Below are positions 25,768 through 35,274 of a DNA stretch of 64,000 nucleotides, one piece after another. The stretch is from assembly GCF_051883275.1 (NCBI RefSeq), contig NZ_JBJETK010000004.1, forward strand, positions 13,270 to 77,269, in the 5' to 3' direction. This DNA is from Treponema sp. GTDB taxonomy: Bacteria > Spirochaetota > Spirochaetia > Treponematales > Treponemataceae. The first letter of the stretch is position 1. Each line of letters begins with the position of its first letter. The notes beneath the pieces were generated by a model. That model was given only the letters and a program-made list of their open reading frames with translations. It had not been told where the DNA came from and did no database searches. The position numbers were made by a program, and so were the translations under genes.

Positions 25768-25806
25768 GCACCTTGAGGAACTTTGGTTTTTCAAGGTGCC
25801 TTTTTA
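25768..25806 (+). terminator. Intrinsic terminator after glnA
   Basis: GGCACCTTGA...TCAAGGTGCC followed by TTTTTT. Confidence 0.85.
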
Positions 25807-25858
25807 TATCCGCTGTTTTCGCCTTGATTGAATTCCTTCAATGAATTAAAATTCAGGC

Positions 25859-26872
25859 ATGAAAAAGCCACTGGTTTCAATTTGTATTCCTGTGTACGGA
25901 ACTGAGCCTGTCTTAAAACGCTGCCTTGATTCCATTGCCTTGCAGGATTTTGAAAGCAAGGAAATTGTCATTGTAAACGATGCTTCGAGCGGCAAAAATT
26001 CAGCAGGCGAAAACTGCAAGAAAATTGTAAGCGCATTTTCCAAAAAAAATAAAATTCCTGTCGTGTACAGGGAGCACAGAAAAAATCTTGGGATTCTTGA
26101 AACCCGGCGCGACCTTCTGAGTTTTTCCAGCGGCGATTATATATTTTATGTGGACAGCGACGACTATCTTGAAGGAAGCAATGCGATTTCATTTCTTTAT
26201 GCCGAGGCGGACAGAACCAATGCGGATATTGTTAATTCCACGGCGGACGCAGTTTCAGACAATCTTGAAAAAAGATCGGAGCAGCAGAAATCCATTCAGA
26301 AAAAAATCGACAAAATCACACTGGGCGAATTGGTCGGCTCGCAGATTTCAGAGGACTGCTTTGTCCACAACAGGCACTGCGGATTTTTATGGGGAAAGCT
26401 TATCCGGCGCACTGTCCTGGAAGATGCCTTTTCTTTTATTCCGTTCACTGACTGCACCATGGGCGAAGATTTTTGCCTTTACTTTTTTATCTCTGTTCTT
26501 TCCAAAAAATACCTTGGAGTGAAGGAGCGTTTTTACCGCTATTCGGTGGACGACGGCATTTCAAGCACCAGGGCTGTCGATGACATTAAGAGCTGGAGGC
26601 GGATTTGCTCGGCGGCATCTGCCTTTATTCCTGTTGTGGAGTTTATACAGTCAGAGCAGGGAAGCTCTCTGAGCGAGGCTCTTGTTGAAAAAGTAAAGTT
26701 CATCTGCAATAGCTTTGTGGCAAATAATTTAAAGCATCTTGAGCTTTATGTTGTTCCTGAATTAAAGGACGAAGCGTACCAGATGCTCTGCGAATACTGG
26801 GGAAAAGAATATGTGCAGCTGATTGAAAATGTGATTTCGTCCAGGGAAGCTTCTAAAAATAAACACAGCTGA
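25859..26872 (+). CDS. Glycosyltransferase family 2
   Basis: VSICIPVYG.E..L.RCLDSI..Q...EIVIVNDAS, GDYIFYVDSDD, MGEDF. Confidence 0.93.
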   Translation: MKKPLVSICIPVYGTEPVLKRCLDSIALQDFESKEIVIVNDASSGKNSAGENCKKIVSAFSKKNKIPVVYREHRKNLGILETRRDLLSFSSGDYIFYVDSDDYLEGSNAISFLYAEADRTNADIVNSTADAVSDNLEKRSEQQKSIQKKIDKITLGELVGSQISEDCFVHNRHCGFLWGKLIRRTVLEDAFSFIPFTDCTMGEDFCLYFFISVLSKKYLGVKERFYRYSVDDGISSTRAVDDIKSWRRICSAASAFIPVVEFIQSEQGSSLSEALVEKVKFICNSFVANNLKHLELYVVPELKDEAYQMLCEYWGKEYVQLIENVISSREASKNKHS

Positions 26873-26993
26873 TAAAAACCTATTGACTTTTTTTTTGCGA
26901 ATGATAAAATATAAATATCAGTTGACGATGAAGTCACATATTGCCGCAGGGCAGTTTGTGGCTTTTTTTGTTTTAAACTGATAACTATTTGCA

Positions 26994-27053
26994 AAGCGAC
27001 AATGATGTCGATTCAGGAAATTCTTGTATCGGTGTCACTGTCGCTTTTTTTTA
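26994..27053 (+). promoter_or_regulatory. amtB leader terminator with an embedded hexaloop hairpin (ANTAR-like)
   Basis: CGAC-AATGAT-GTCG (26998-27011) lies inside the 5' arm of the stem AAAGCGACA.../...TGTCGCTTT, followed by a T run. A second terminator-like hairpin is at 26933-26969. Confidence 0.6.
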
Positions 27054-27128
27054 TGGAAATCTTGAAGAACAAAAATTTTTCGGGCTTTCCTTATTTCATT
27101 ATCTGTCTTTTTAGGCAAAGGGGTTTTT

Positions 27129-28880
27129 ATGGAAGAAGTAATGAGTGCAATTCAAGAAACTCAGGCTATGATTTTTGCCGTCTGGTTTCTGATTGGAGCC
27201 GCATTGGTTTTCTGGATGCAGGCTGGTTTTGCAATGGTAGAAACTGGTTTTACCCGTGCAAAGAACACTGGTAACATCATTATGAAAAACCTGATGGACT
27301 TCTGTATCGGTACAGTAATGTTCATCCTTATCGGTTTCGGGCTTTTGCTCGGCGAAGATTTGTTCGGTTTTATCGGAAAACCTGGATTTGATATTTTTAC
27401 TTCATACGCTGATTTTGACTGGTCTAACTTTGTGTTCAACCTTGTATTCTGTGCAACAACGGCAACAATCGTTTCCGGTGCTATGGCAGAACGCACAAAG
27501 TTCCTTTCATACTGTATTTATTCAGCAGTTATTTCTGCATTGATTTACCCGATTGAAGCACACTGGATCTGGGGCGGCGGATGGCTTTCACAGCTTGGCT
27601 TCCACGATTTTGCAGGTTCCTGTGCAATCCACATGGTCGGCGGTATTTCTGCTTTAATCGGTGCAAAGCTTCTTGGACCGCGTATCGGAAAGTTCACGAC
27701 TGATAAGTCTGGAAAGGTAACGGCTGTTCACGCATTCCCGGGACACAACCTTCCGATTGGTGCTCTTGGTGTATTCATCCTTTGGTTGGGCTGGTACGGA
27801 TTTAACGGTGCAGCTGCAACTTCGGTAGAGCAGCTCGGCTCAATCTTCCTTACAACAACAGTCGCTCCGGCAGTTGCAACAGTTGTATGTATGATTTTCA
27901 CCTGGATTAAATACGGCAAGCCGGACGTTACAATGTGTCTTAACGCTTCACTGGCTGGTCTTGTTGCAATTACTGCTCCGTGTGATGTTACTGACTGTTT
28001 CGGTGCTGTTGTAATCGGTGCTGTTGCCGGACTTCTCGTAGTATTCGGCGTATGGTTCCTTGATTATGTACTTCACATTGATGACCCTGTAGGTGCAGTT
28101 GCAGTTCACTGTCTGAACGGTATCTGGGGAACTCTTGCAGTAGGTCTTTTTGCAACTCCTTCTGCTCCTGGATACGGCATTGCGAATGCAGCCGGCGAGG
28201 AACTGAAAGGTCTTTTCTACGGCGGCGGATTTGAGCTTCTCGGCATTCAGCTTCTCGGTTTTGTTTCAGTTGCTGCATGGACGGCTATAACAATAACGGT
28301 TGTATTCCTTGTTATAAAGTTAACGGTTGGACTTCGTGTTTCTGCTGAAGAAGAAATCATCGGTCTTGACAAGCTTGAGCACGGTCTTGATTCAGGCTAT
28401 GCAGGATTTATGACTCCTTACAGCACAAGGGAAATTGCGGAGGCTGCACAGGCCGGTGTTGCAATTCCAATGAGCGAGGCTGTTCCTGTTGCGGCTCCTG
28501 CAACAACTCCTTCGTCAAAGGATGCCTCTGTGCATAAGATTGTCATTATTACACGCCAGAACAAGTTCAATGCCCTCAAGGCTGCAATGAATTCCATCGG
28601 CGTAACAGGAATGACTGTAATCAACGTTATGGGCTGCGGAATGCAGAAGGGCGCAAGCGAATATTACCGCGGAGTTCCTGTTGAAATCAATCTTCTACCA
28701 AAGATAAAGGTTGAAATTGTTGTTTCAAAGGTTCCGGTGGCAAACGTTGTTGAAAGCGCAAAGAAGGCGCTGTATACAGGACACATCGGAGACGGAAAGA
28801 TATTTATCTATCCGGTTGAGGATGTCATCAAGGTTCGCACCGGTGAATCTGGATATGATGCTCTTCAGGACGAAGAGTAG
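27129..28880 (+). CDS. amtB: Ammonium transporter fused to a C-terminal P-II (GlnK-like) domain
   Basis: Amt motifs FWMQAGFAMVETG, FCAT.ATIVSGA.AER, DFAGS..IH, GWYGFN, DDPVGA..VH. P-II motifs GVTGMTV..V.GCG.QKG...YRG...LLPKIKVEIVV...TG.IGDGKIFI..V.DV..VRTGE. Confidence 0.95.
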   Translation: MEEVMSAIQETQAMIFAVWFLIGAALVFWMQAGFAMVETGFTRAKNTGNIIMKNLMDFCIGTVMFILIGFGLLLGEDLFGFIGKPGFDIFTSYADFDWSNFVFNLVFCATTATIVSGAMAERTKFLSYCIYSAVISALIYPIEAHWIWGGGWLSQLGFHDFAGSCAIHMVGGISALIGAKLLGPRIGKFTTDKSGKVTAVHAFPGHNLPIGALGVFILWLGWYGFNGAAATSVEQLGSIFLTTTVAPAVATVVCMIFTWIKYGKPDVTMCLNASLAGLVAITAPCDVTDCFGAVVIGAVAGLLVVFGVWFLDYVLHIDDPVGAVAVHCLNGIWGTLAVGLFATPSAPGYGIANAAGEELKGLFYGGGFELLGIQLLGFVSVAAWTAITITVVFLVIKLTVGLRVSAEEEIIGLDKLEHGLDSGYAGFMTPYSTREIAEAAQAGVAIPMSEAVPVAAPATTPSSKDASVHKIVIITRQNKFNALKAAMNSIGVTGMTVINVMGCGMQKGASEYYRGVPVEINLLPKIKVEIVVSKVPVANVVESAKKALYTGHIGDGKIFIYPVEDVIKVRTGESGYDALQDEE

Positions 28881-28969
28881 TCTAAAAATGGCTGCCTTGG
28901 AATAACGGGGGTTCAGGCTGGCCGGTCGATTTAAAATTAAAATCCGCGGAAGTGTCCGCTGGTTATATG

Positions 28970-29022
28970 CCGGTTGTCTGCTGTATTTGTAACCCCGCAG
29001 CGGGCAGCCGGTTTCTTTTTTC
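28970..29022 (+). terminator. Intrinsic terminator after amtB
   Basis: CCGGTTGTCTGCTG / CAGCGGGCAGCCGG stem (G-U rich) followed by TTTCTTTTTT. Confidence 0.75.
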
Positions 29023-29097
29023 TTTCCGCATATCGAATTTTTATCCGAAGTATGATAACATTAGCGCGGTAAGCCTGCTGGCTTCTGTTTTTGCTGT

Positions 29098-30075
29098 ATG
29101 CCGTGGAGGAAAGAAGTGGAAAAAAACAATGGCAGTTTTGCGCTTAAAATCGCAGTTCCGCTTGCGTTGTTTTTTGCGCTTGGAATTTTATTTTTTGTGC
29201 GCTCGGTTTCATCTTTGCTTCATGCCACTGAGAGCGTTCAGGAAGACAGAAACTACCACATTCTTGTTGTGGGGCAGGCAGGCGATTCAGTTTTTTTAAA
29301 TCAGCTTTTTGAAGGCGCAAGGAGCCTGAGCCGGAACTACAGCGCATTGGTGGAGCTTAAATCCCCGGATTCTCTTGCGGAAGATATTTCCCTTCAGTCT
29401 TTGATTGACTATGCTTCATTTGTAAATGCCGACGGAATCATTGCCTATGTTAGCCCTGAGACCGCGCCATTCAAGTCCGTGAGCCGCATTGACGGCACGG
29501 AAATTCCTGTTATAACAATCGGATACTACGACGATAAAAATCCCCAGATTTCATTTATCGGAAGCAACTATTCAAATCTCGGGCGCAGAATGGGAATCGA
29601 GTCGGAGGAGCTTTTTACTTCTGAAGGAAAAGTCTTTGTTGTTATAAGCGGAATTTCAGGAAGTGCAAACCACAGCAATCTTTTGAACAGCCTGCTTGAT
29701 TATTATAAATCCCGGGGCATTGAAAACTTTGAGGTTTTCGGAAAATCCCTCAGGGAAAACAAAAAGAGCGTGGAGGAAATTCTTTTGTGCGGAAACAACG
29801 AAGGCTCTGCGCTTGTCTGCCTGACAGAAGAGGACACCGTGATGGCGCTTCAGATTGCCGCAGCCTGTTCTGACTCCGGGCGCATTGAAATTCTGGGCTA
29901 TGGAGAAAACGAAGCCCTTGCCATGTATCTTGAAAAAGGCGTTCTTTCAAAACTTGTTTCGTTCAACCCGAGCAATATCGGAAAAACCGCAATGGCCGAG
30001 CTTTTTGAGTACAGAAACAAAGGCTATGCGAACAGCTACATCACTGCCGACCTTCAGGTGCGGAGGTCAGAATGA
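29098..30075 (+). CDS. Membrane-anchored periplasmic sugar-binding protein (XylFII-like sensor partner)
   Basis: N-terminal TM helix, class I periplasmic binding features (ADGII, IPVITI, FIGSN..NLG); first gene upstream of a YesM-type kinase. Confidence 0.75.
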   Translation: MPWRKEVEKNNGSFALKIAVPLALFFALGILFFVRSVSSLLHATESVQEDRNYHILVVGQAGDSVFLNQLFEGARSLSRNYSALVELKSPDSLAEDISLQSLIDYASFVNADGIIAYVSPETAPFKSVSRIDGTEIPVITIGYYDDKNPQISFIGSNYSNLGRRMGIESEELFTSEGKVFVVISGISGSANHSNLLNSLLDYYKSRGIENFEVFGKSLRENKKSVEEILLCGNNEGSALVCLTEEDTVMALQIAAACSDSGRIEILGYGENEALAMYLEKGVLSKLVSFNPSNIGKTAMAELFEYRNKGYANSYITADLQVRRSE

Positions 30076-31559
30076 GCTTTGCCGAAAACAAAAGCCTCAG
30101 GTGGAAAATCATTGCCTGTATAACGGTCGCTTTTTTTGTGATGGGCGCAGGTCTTGCGTTTACAATGCTCATAGAGCATTATGTCTTGAAATCAATCGGC
30201 GAATCCTATAAGTCAAATTCTGAGTTGAATTTTTTTTCAAACGAATTGTCGCGCCTTGAAAATGCCCTTGAACTGTACATAGACTACAGAACTTTTGAAA
30301 GCATAGACACCTACTATGCGGTGTCCACTGGAATAGAAAATCTCTGCGACCTTATGCAGGATTCGCCTTCAATAAATGCGCTGCGCCAGAAGGAATATGT
30401 TGTGCAGCAGCTTGCAAGATCTTTTCTATATTATAGCTCCAGGGCGGTTTCTGAAAAAAGGGCGAATGCTCCGGTCAGCGCGTCTTATATGCAGAGCCTT
30501 GAGTGCTACCGTTTTCTCATGGAGGAAATTCAAAAGCTGAATATTCTTTATATGCAGAAAAACGCTGAAGTCTATGCTTCCAATATAAGAAATATAAATC
30601 TGCTTTTTAAGCTTTATGCGGTTTTCTTTATGCTGTTTTTTGCATCCGTGCTTTTGCTTTTGAATTTTCTTATAGGAAAAATCACAAGGCCGCTCGCGGA
30701 AATTTCTTCTGTTGCGCTCCGTGTTGCCCGGCAGGATTTTGACATTCCTCTTTTCAACCGTAAATCGCATGATGAGATTGGAAATATCTGCATGGCCTTT
30801 GACAGAATGATAATCAGCATAAGGGAATATATAAGCAAAATCTGGGAAAAGGCCAGAACCGAAAACGAGCTTCGGGAGCGGCAGATGGAAATGCAGGCGC
30901 TTTATGCGGATGCCCAGCTCAAGGCGTTTCAGAGCCAGATAAATCCGCATTTTCTTTTTAACACGCTGAACACAGGGGCGCAGCTTGCAATGATGGAAGG
31001 CGCGGACAAGACCTGTTTTTTTATTGAGCAGACCTCGGATTTTTTTAGATACAATATCGCGCAGAAGGAAGATGCCACGGTTGAAGAGGAGCTTGGACTT
31101 GTGGATAATTTTGTCTATATTATGAAAGTGCGCTTTGGAAAAAGGCTTGAGTTTATAAAGAATGTTCCGGACAGTGTTTTTCATCAGAAGCTTCCCGGCA
31201 TGACACTACAGCCGATTGTGGAAAACTGCATTCAGCACGGACTTCAGAATTCAATGGGTAAAGTTTTTCTTTCTGTAAAGGAAACCGCGGATTTTGTGGA
31301 AATTTACATCGGGGACAACGGCGCGGAATTCGATCCTGAGATACGGGAGGAAATTTTATCTGCGGCAAGAAGCAGCAGTCCGAATCAGCTTGCGCTAAAA
31401 AAGAATTCGCAGGCGGATGAAAAAAACGAGCACACAGGCATAGGGATTATAAATGTTTTTTCGCGGCTGAGAATTTATTTTCACCGTGATGATGTTTTTG
31501 AGATTTTTTCTGGAGCCGATTCAGGAATGAAATTTTTAATCAGGATTCCAAATGTATAA
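30072..31559 (+). CDS. LytS/YesM-type sensor histidine kinase with a HAMP domain
   Basis: Two TM segments, HAMP (DEIGNI..AFDRM), H-box QINPHFLFNTLN, TLQPIVENCIQHG, D.G, HTGIG..NV..RL. Confidence 0.95.
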   Translation: MSFAENKSLRWKIIACITVAFFVMGAGLAFTMLIEHYVLKSIGESYKSNSELNFFSNELSRLENALELYIDYRTFESIDTYYAVSTGIENLCDLMQDSPSINALRQKEYVVQQLARSFLYYSSRAVSEKRANAPVSASYMQSLECYRFLMEEIQKLNILYMQKNAEVYASNIRNINLLFKLYAVFFMLFFASVLLLLNFLIGKITRPLAEISSVALRVARQDFDIPLFNRKSHDEIGNICMAFDRMIISIREYISKIWEKARTENELRERQMEMQALYADAQLKAFQSQINPHFLFNTLNTGAQLAMMEGADKTCFFIEQTSDFFRYNIAQKEDATVEEELGLVDNFVYIMKVRFGKRLEFIKNVPDSVFHQKLPGMTLQPIVENCIQHGLQNSMGKVFLSVKETADFVEIYIGDNGAEFDPEIREEILSAARSSSPNQLALKKNSQADEKNEHTGIGIINVFSRLRIYFHRDDVFEIFSGADSGMKFLIRIPNV

Positions 31560-33123
31560 TATTTTAACATGCGATGACGAACAGATTATGATTGACTCAC
31601 TTCAGTTCATAATCAAAAAAAATTTTGAGGGGCAGGTGAATTTATTTTCCGCCCTGTCAGGAAGCGATGCCCTTGAAATTGTGAGCCGCGAGAAAATCGA
31701 TATAATTTTCATGGATATAAACATGCCCGGAATGAGCGGCCTTGAAACAATCAGCTGCATAAAAAATCTCAAGCCGTCCACCGTGATTATTGTTCTCAGC
31801 GCATTCGACAAATTCCAGTATGCGCAGGAGGCAATGAACATCGGGGCATACAAATACATCACCAAGCCCGTGAACCGCAACATTGTAATTCAGAGTGTGC
31901 GCAATGCCATGAACATCATTGATGAGCAGCAGGGAAATGTTTCTGGAAATCTGGAGCTTCAGAAAAAACTCGACATTGTGTATCCGGTGATTGAAAGCGA
32001 TTTTATTTATTCCTGCATTTTCAGCAAGTCAAAGAATGAAGACCTTCAAAGCTGCCTTGATTATTTTGGCATGAAAAGCGACTTGTATTTTTTTATCTGC
32101 ATGGAAATTTCTGCTTCAGAAAAAAATATGTACGACATCTGCGAAAAAATCAGAAAAATTGTTTCCAGAAAATACAGGTGCCTTGCCGGAATTTTTATGG
32201 TGAACAGAATTGCGGTTTTTGTTTCCGCCGAAAGCATAAATGATTTTCATTGCGAGGCAAGGGATCTTTTTACGCTTTTTTCTGTGGAAATAGGACTTGG
32301 AATCCGCGCTGGAGTGAGCGGCCTTGGCACAGAGCTTAAGGATGTTTTTTCCAAGTGCAGCGGCGCAATTCAGGCGCTGAACAGAACTTCCCGTGACGAA
32401 AATATTTTGTTTGCAGATGAACGTCCGGATTTTTCTTCAAGCGGTGAAAATATCAGTGAGCTTTCCGGGCGTATTTTGAGCCGCCTGAAATCCGGGGATA
32501 TTTCCGGTGTTCAGATTCTTGCGGAAGTTTTTATCAGCGGACTTTGCAGCCAGGAGTTCAGTCAGGATAAAATGAAGGGAGCTGTGTTTGAGCTTCTTGT
32601 TGAAGCAAAGAATGTTGCCCGGGCCGTTGACTCTTCATGGAAGAATACCGCATTTGAAAATATTTTTTCTGACTTGAATTCTATAAATTCACAGGAGGAG
32701 CTGCTGGAGTTTTTGCGCAACCGGCTTGCTGAATGTGCATCCTTTGTCTGCGTTTCAAAAGACAAAACAAAAAATCCTCTCATTGAAAAAGTTTTCAGCT
32801 ACATTCAGGAAAATGTCAGCACGGATTTTTCGCTTGAAGATGCCGCGGAATTTGCAGGTGTAAGCTCATCTTATCTGAGCCGCGTTTTTAAAGAGGAAAC
32901 GGGCGGAACTTTTATAGCTTATGTGACTGACTTTCGTCTTGAAAAAGCCCGCAAAATGCTGTGCGAAACCGGGCTTTCCATAAAGGAAATATCAGCGCAG
33001 ATAGGCTACAATGACCAGAATTATTTCAGCAGAATCTTTAAAAGCAAATTCGGAATTTCCCCCACGGATTTCAGAGATTCAAACAAGGGAATGAATTCCG
33101 CCTGCAACATGGAGGGGCTATGA
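31552..33123 (+). CDS. YesN-type response regulator (receiver + AraC)
   Basis: ILTCDDE...DIIFMDINMPGMSG...FQYAQEAM..GA.KYITKPV; C-terminal YLSRVFKEETG..F..Y....RLEKA...GYND.NYFSR.FK. Confidence 0.95.
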   Translation: MYNILTCDDEQIMIDSLQFIIKKNFEGQVNLFSALSGSDALEIVSREKIDIIFMDINMPGMSGLETISCIKNLKPSTVIIVLSAFDKFQYAQEAMNIGAYKYITKPVNRNIVIQSVRNAMNIIDEQQGNVSGNLELQKKLDIVYPVIESDFIYSCIFSKSKNEDLQSCLDYFGMKSDLYFFICMEISASEKNMYDICEKIRKIVSRKYRCLAGIFMVNRIAVFVSAESINDFHCEARDLFTLFSVEIGLGIRAGVSGLGTELKDVFSKCSGAIQALNRTSRDENILFADERPDFSSSGENISELSGRILSRLKSGDISGVQILAEVFISGLCSQEFSQDKMKGAVFELLVEAKNVARAVDSSWKNTAFENIFSDLNSINSQEELLEFLRNRLAECASFVCVSKDKTKNPLIEKVFSYIQENVSTDFSLEDAAEFAGVSSSYLSRVFKEETGGTFIAYVTDFRLEKARKMLCETGLSIKEISAQIGYNDQNYFSRIFKSKFGISPTDFRDSNKGMNSACNMEGL

Positions 33124-34157
33124 AAAAAATAATGCTGCTTGCGCTTTTGCCGTTTATTTTATTTTCGGGGTGCAAAAAATCCGCCGGAAAAAAATCCGTG
33201 CAGCCCCAGAAAATTTCCGCATCTGAAAAAAAGCCCCTTGTCGGATTTTCGATAGACACGCTTGCGATTGAAAGGTGGCAGCGCGACATGGATATTTTTA
33301 TGGCGCGTGCAAGGGACTGCGGCGCGGATGTCATTGTTCAGAATGCCGGCAACAGTGTGGATGCCCAGAAAAAACAGCTCATGTATCTTCTGGACAAAAA
33401 TGTCGATGTGGTTGTGGTTCTTCCAAAAGTCGCAAATTCACTGGGCGAAGAAATTGAAAAAATCCGCGCAAAGAATATTCCCGTGATTGCCTACGACCGC
33501 CTTATTCTTGATACGGAAATAGATTTGTACATAACAGTTGACACGGAGCAGGTTGGGGTGATTATGGGAACCGAGCTTCAGAAAATTGCGCCGTGCAGAA
33601 ACTGGCTTTGTATTCTGGGGCCGCAGGAAGACAACAATATGTCGATGCTGCTGAAGGGGCTTGTGTCGACTATAAAAAATCCCATGTCTGTCATAACGGA
33701 AATTTTTTATACGCAGGGCTGGAATTACGATTTGTCGCGGCAGAAAATGCTCGATGTGATTACCAGCGGCGCAGTTCCCGATGCGGTTGTGTGCGGCAAT
33801 GATGCGGTGGCGGACAGCGTGATTACAGTTCTCCGCACATACTGCCCGAACCGGCATATTCCCATCTGCGGTCAGGATGCCGACATTGTGGCATGCCAGA
33901 ATATTGTGCGCAGGCTTCAGGATTTTACAGTTTACAAGCCGATTGTGGAGCTTGCAGAAACAGCCGCGGAAATTTCTGTAAAGGCCGCCCGAGGGGAAAA
34001 CTTGCAGCCGTTTCTCCGTGAGCTGAAGACAATCAATAACGGCACTGCGAAAATTCCTTCTGTTCTTCTTGCTCCGAGCCTGGTCAAAAAAGACAATATC
34101 GATGATGTCATTATCAGCTCAGGATTTCATACTTATGGTGAAGTTTACATGGAATAG
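33120..34157 (+). CDS. xylF: D-xylose ABC transporter substrate-binding lipoprotein-like
   Basis: Lipobox FSGC; GFSIDTL..ERWQRD, IPVIAYDRLI, DAVVCGND.VA, GQDAD..AC..I....QD.TVYKP. Confidence 0.8.
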   Translation: MKKIMLLALLPFILFSGCKKSAGKKSVQPQKISASEKKPLVGFSIDTLAIERWQRDMDIFMARARDCGADVIVQNAGNSVDAQKKQLMYLLDKNVDVVVVLPKVANSLGEEIEKIRAKNIPVIAYDRLILDTEIDLYITVDTEQVGVIMGTELQKIAPCRNWLCILGPQEDNNMSMLLKGLVSTIKNPMSVITEIFYTQGWNYDLSRQKMLDVITSGAVPDAVVCGNDAVADSVITVLRTYCPNRHIPICGQDADIVACQNIVRRLQDFTVYKPIVELAETAAEISVKAARGENLQPFLRELKTINNGTAKIPSVLLAPSLVKKDNIDDVIISSGFHTYGEVYME

Positions 34158-34284
34158 CTTTATGGATATAATGAAGGGAATCTTGAAAATTCATTCTTAT
34201 GATTTTTCCGGGATTTTCTGAAACGGCTTTGGACTTGATGTTCTTGAAGTCTTTTTGAATTTCAGCGAGAAAAACGGGGTTTAA

Positions 34285-35274
34285 ATGAAAATAGTTACAA
34301 AAGCTGAGCTGGATGAATGTTTTGACTATATAAACAGATGCCGCTCCGAAGTTGCAAAGCGTGTTGTTGGACAGCAGGATGTTGTTGATGGAATTATTAC
34401 TGCGCTCATCGCAGGCGGCCATGTTCTTCTTGAAGGTGTTCCGGGGCTTGCAAAAACTCTTGCCGTCAAGACATTTGCGGATGTTTCGGGGCTTGAGTAC
34501 AAGCGTATTCAGTTTACACCGGATTTGCTTCCTGCGGATGTGAGCGGAACTTTGATTTATGAGCAGGGCACCGGAAAATTTTCTGTGCGAAAAGGCCCTG
34601 TTTTTTCAAATCTTGTGCTTGCGGATGAAATCAACCGTGCGCCGGCAAAAGTTCAGTCGGCGCTGCTTGAAGCCATGGCGGAGCATCAGGTTACAATCGG
34701 AGAAACTTCGTACAAACTCAGCGAGCCGTTCTTTGTTCTTGCAACGCAGAATCCGATTGAGCAGGAGGGAACTTACAGCCTTCCGGAAGCCGAGCTTGAC
34801 CGTTTTCTTCTGAAGCTTCTGATTTCCTATCCTACTCCCGAAGAGGAAATTGCAATTATAAAATCAGAGGGGCGCGCTTCGGAAATTCCCGTGAACAAAG
34901 TTTTTTCCGCCGAAGCTCTTCAGAAATGCAGGGATGCAGTGGATGCTGTCACCGTTGCGGATAAAATGTTTTCCTATATAGTTTCTATTGTAAACTTCAC
35001 AAGGGCTGATGTCGCTTCCAAGATGAACCGGCGTAATGACATTCAGCGTTATATTTCTTTTGGAGGCTCTCCGCGTGCAGGAATCGCTCTTTTGCGCTGT
35101 GCAAAAGTCCATGCGCTTTTTGAAAACAGAAGCTTTGTTCTTGCGGAGGACATTCAGGCTGTTGCAAAACCTGTTCTGCGGCATAGGCTTGTGCTGAACT
35201 ACGAGGCCGCCGCTGATAATATTACCGCTGACAGCCTGATTTCAAAAATTATTGAGCTGATGCCGGTTCCATGA
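34285..35274 (+). CDS. moxR: MoxR family AAA+ ATPase
   Basis: HVLLEGVPGLAKT, RIQFTPDLLPAD, LADEINRAPAKVQSALLEAM, ATQNPIEQEGTY.LPEAELDRF. Confidence 0.96.
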   Translation: MKIVTKAELDECFDYINRCRSEVAKRVVGQQDVVDGIITALIAGGHVLLEGVPGLAKTLAVKTFADVSGLEYKRIQFTPDLLPADVSGTLIYEQGTGKFSVRKGPVFSNLVLADEINRAPAKVQSALLEAMAEHQVTIGETSYKLSEPFFVLATQNPIEQEGTYSLPEAELDRFLLKLLISYPTPEEEIAIIKSEGRASEIPVNKVFSAEALQKCRDAVDAVTVADKMFSYIVSIVNFTRADVASKMNRRNDIQRYISFGGSPRAGIALLRCAKVHALFENRSFVLAEDIQAVAKPVLRHRLVLNYEAAADNITADSLISKIIELMPVP

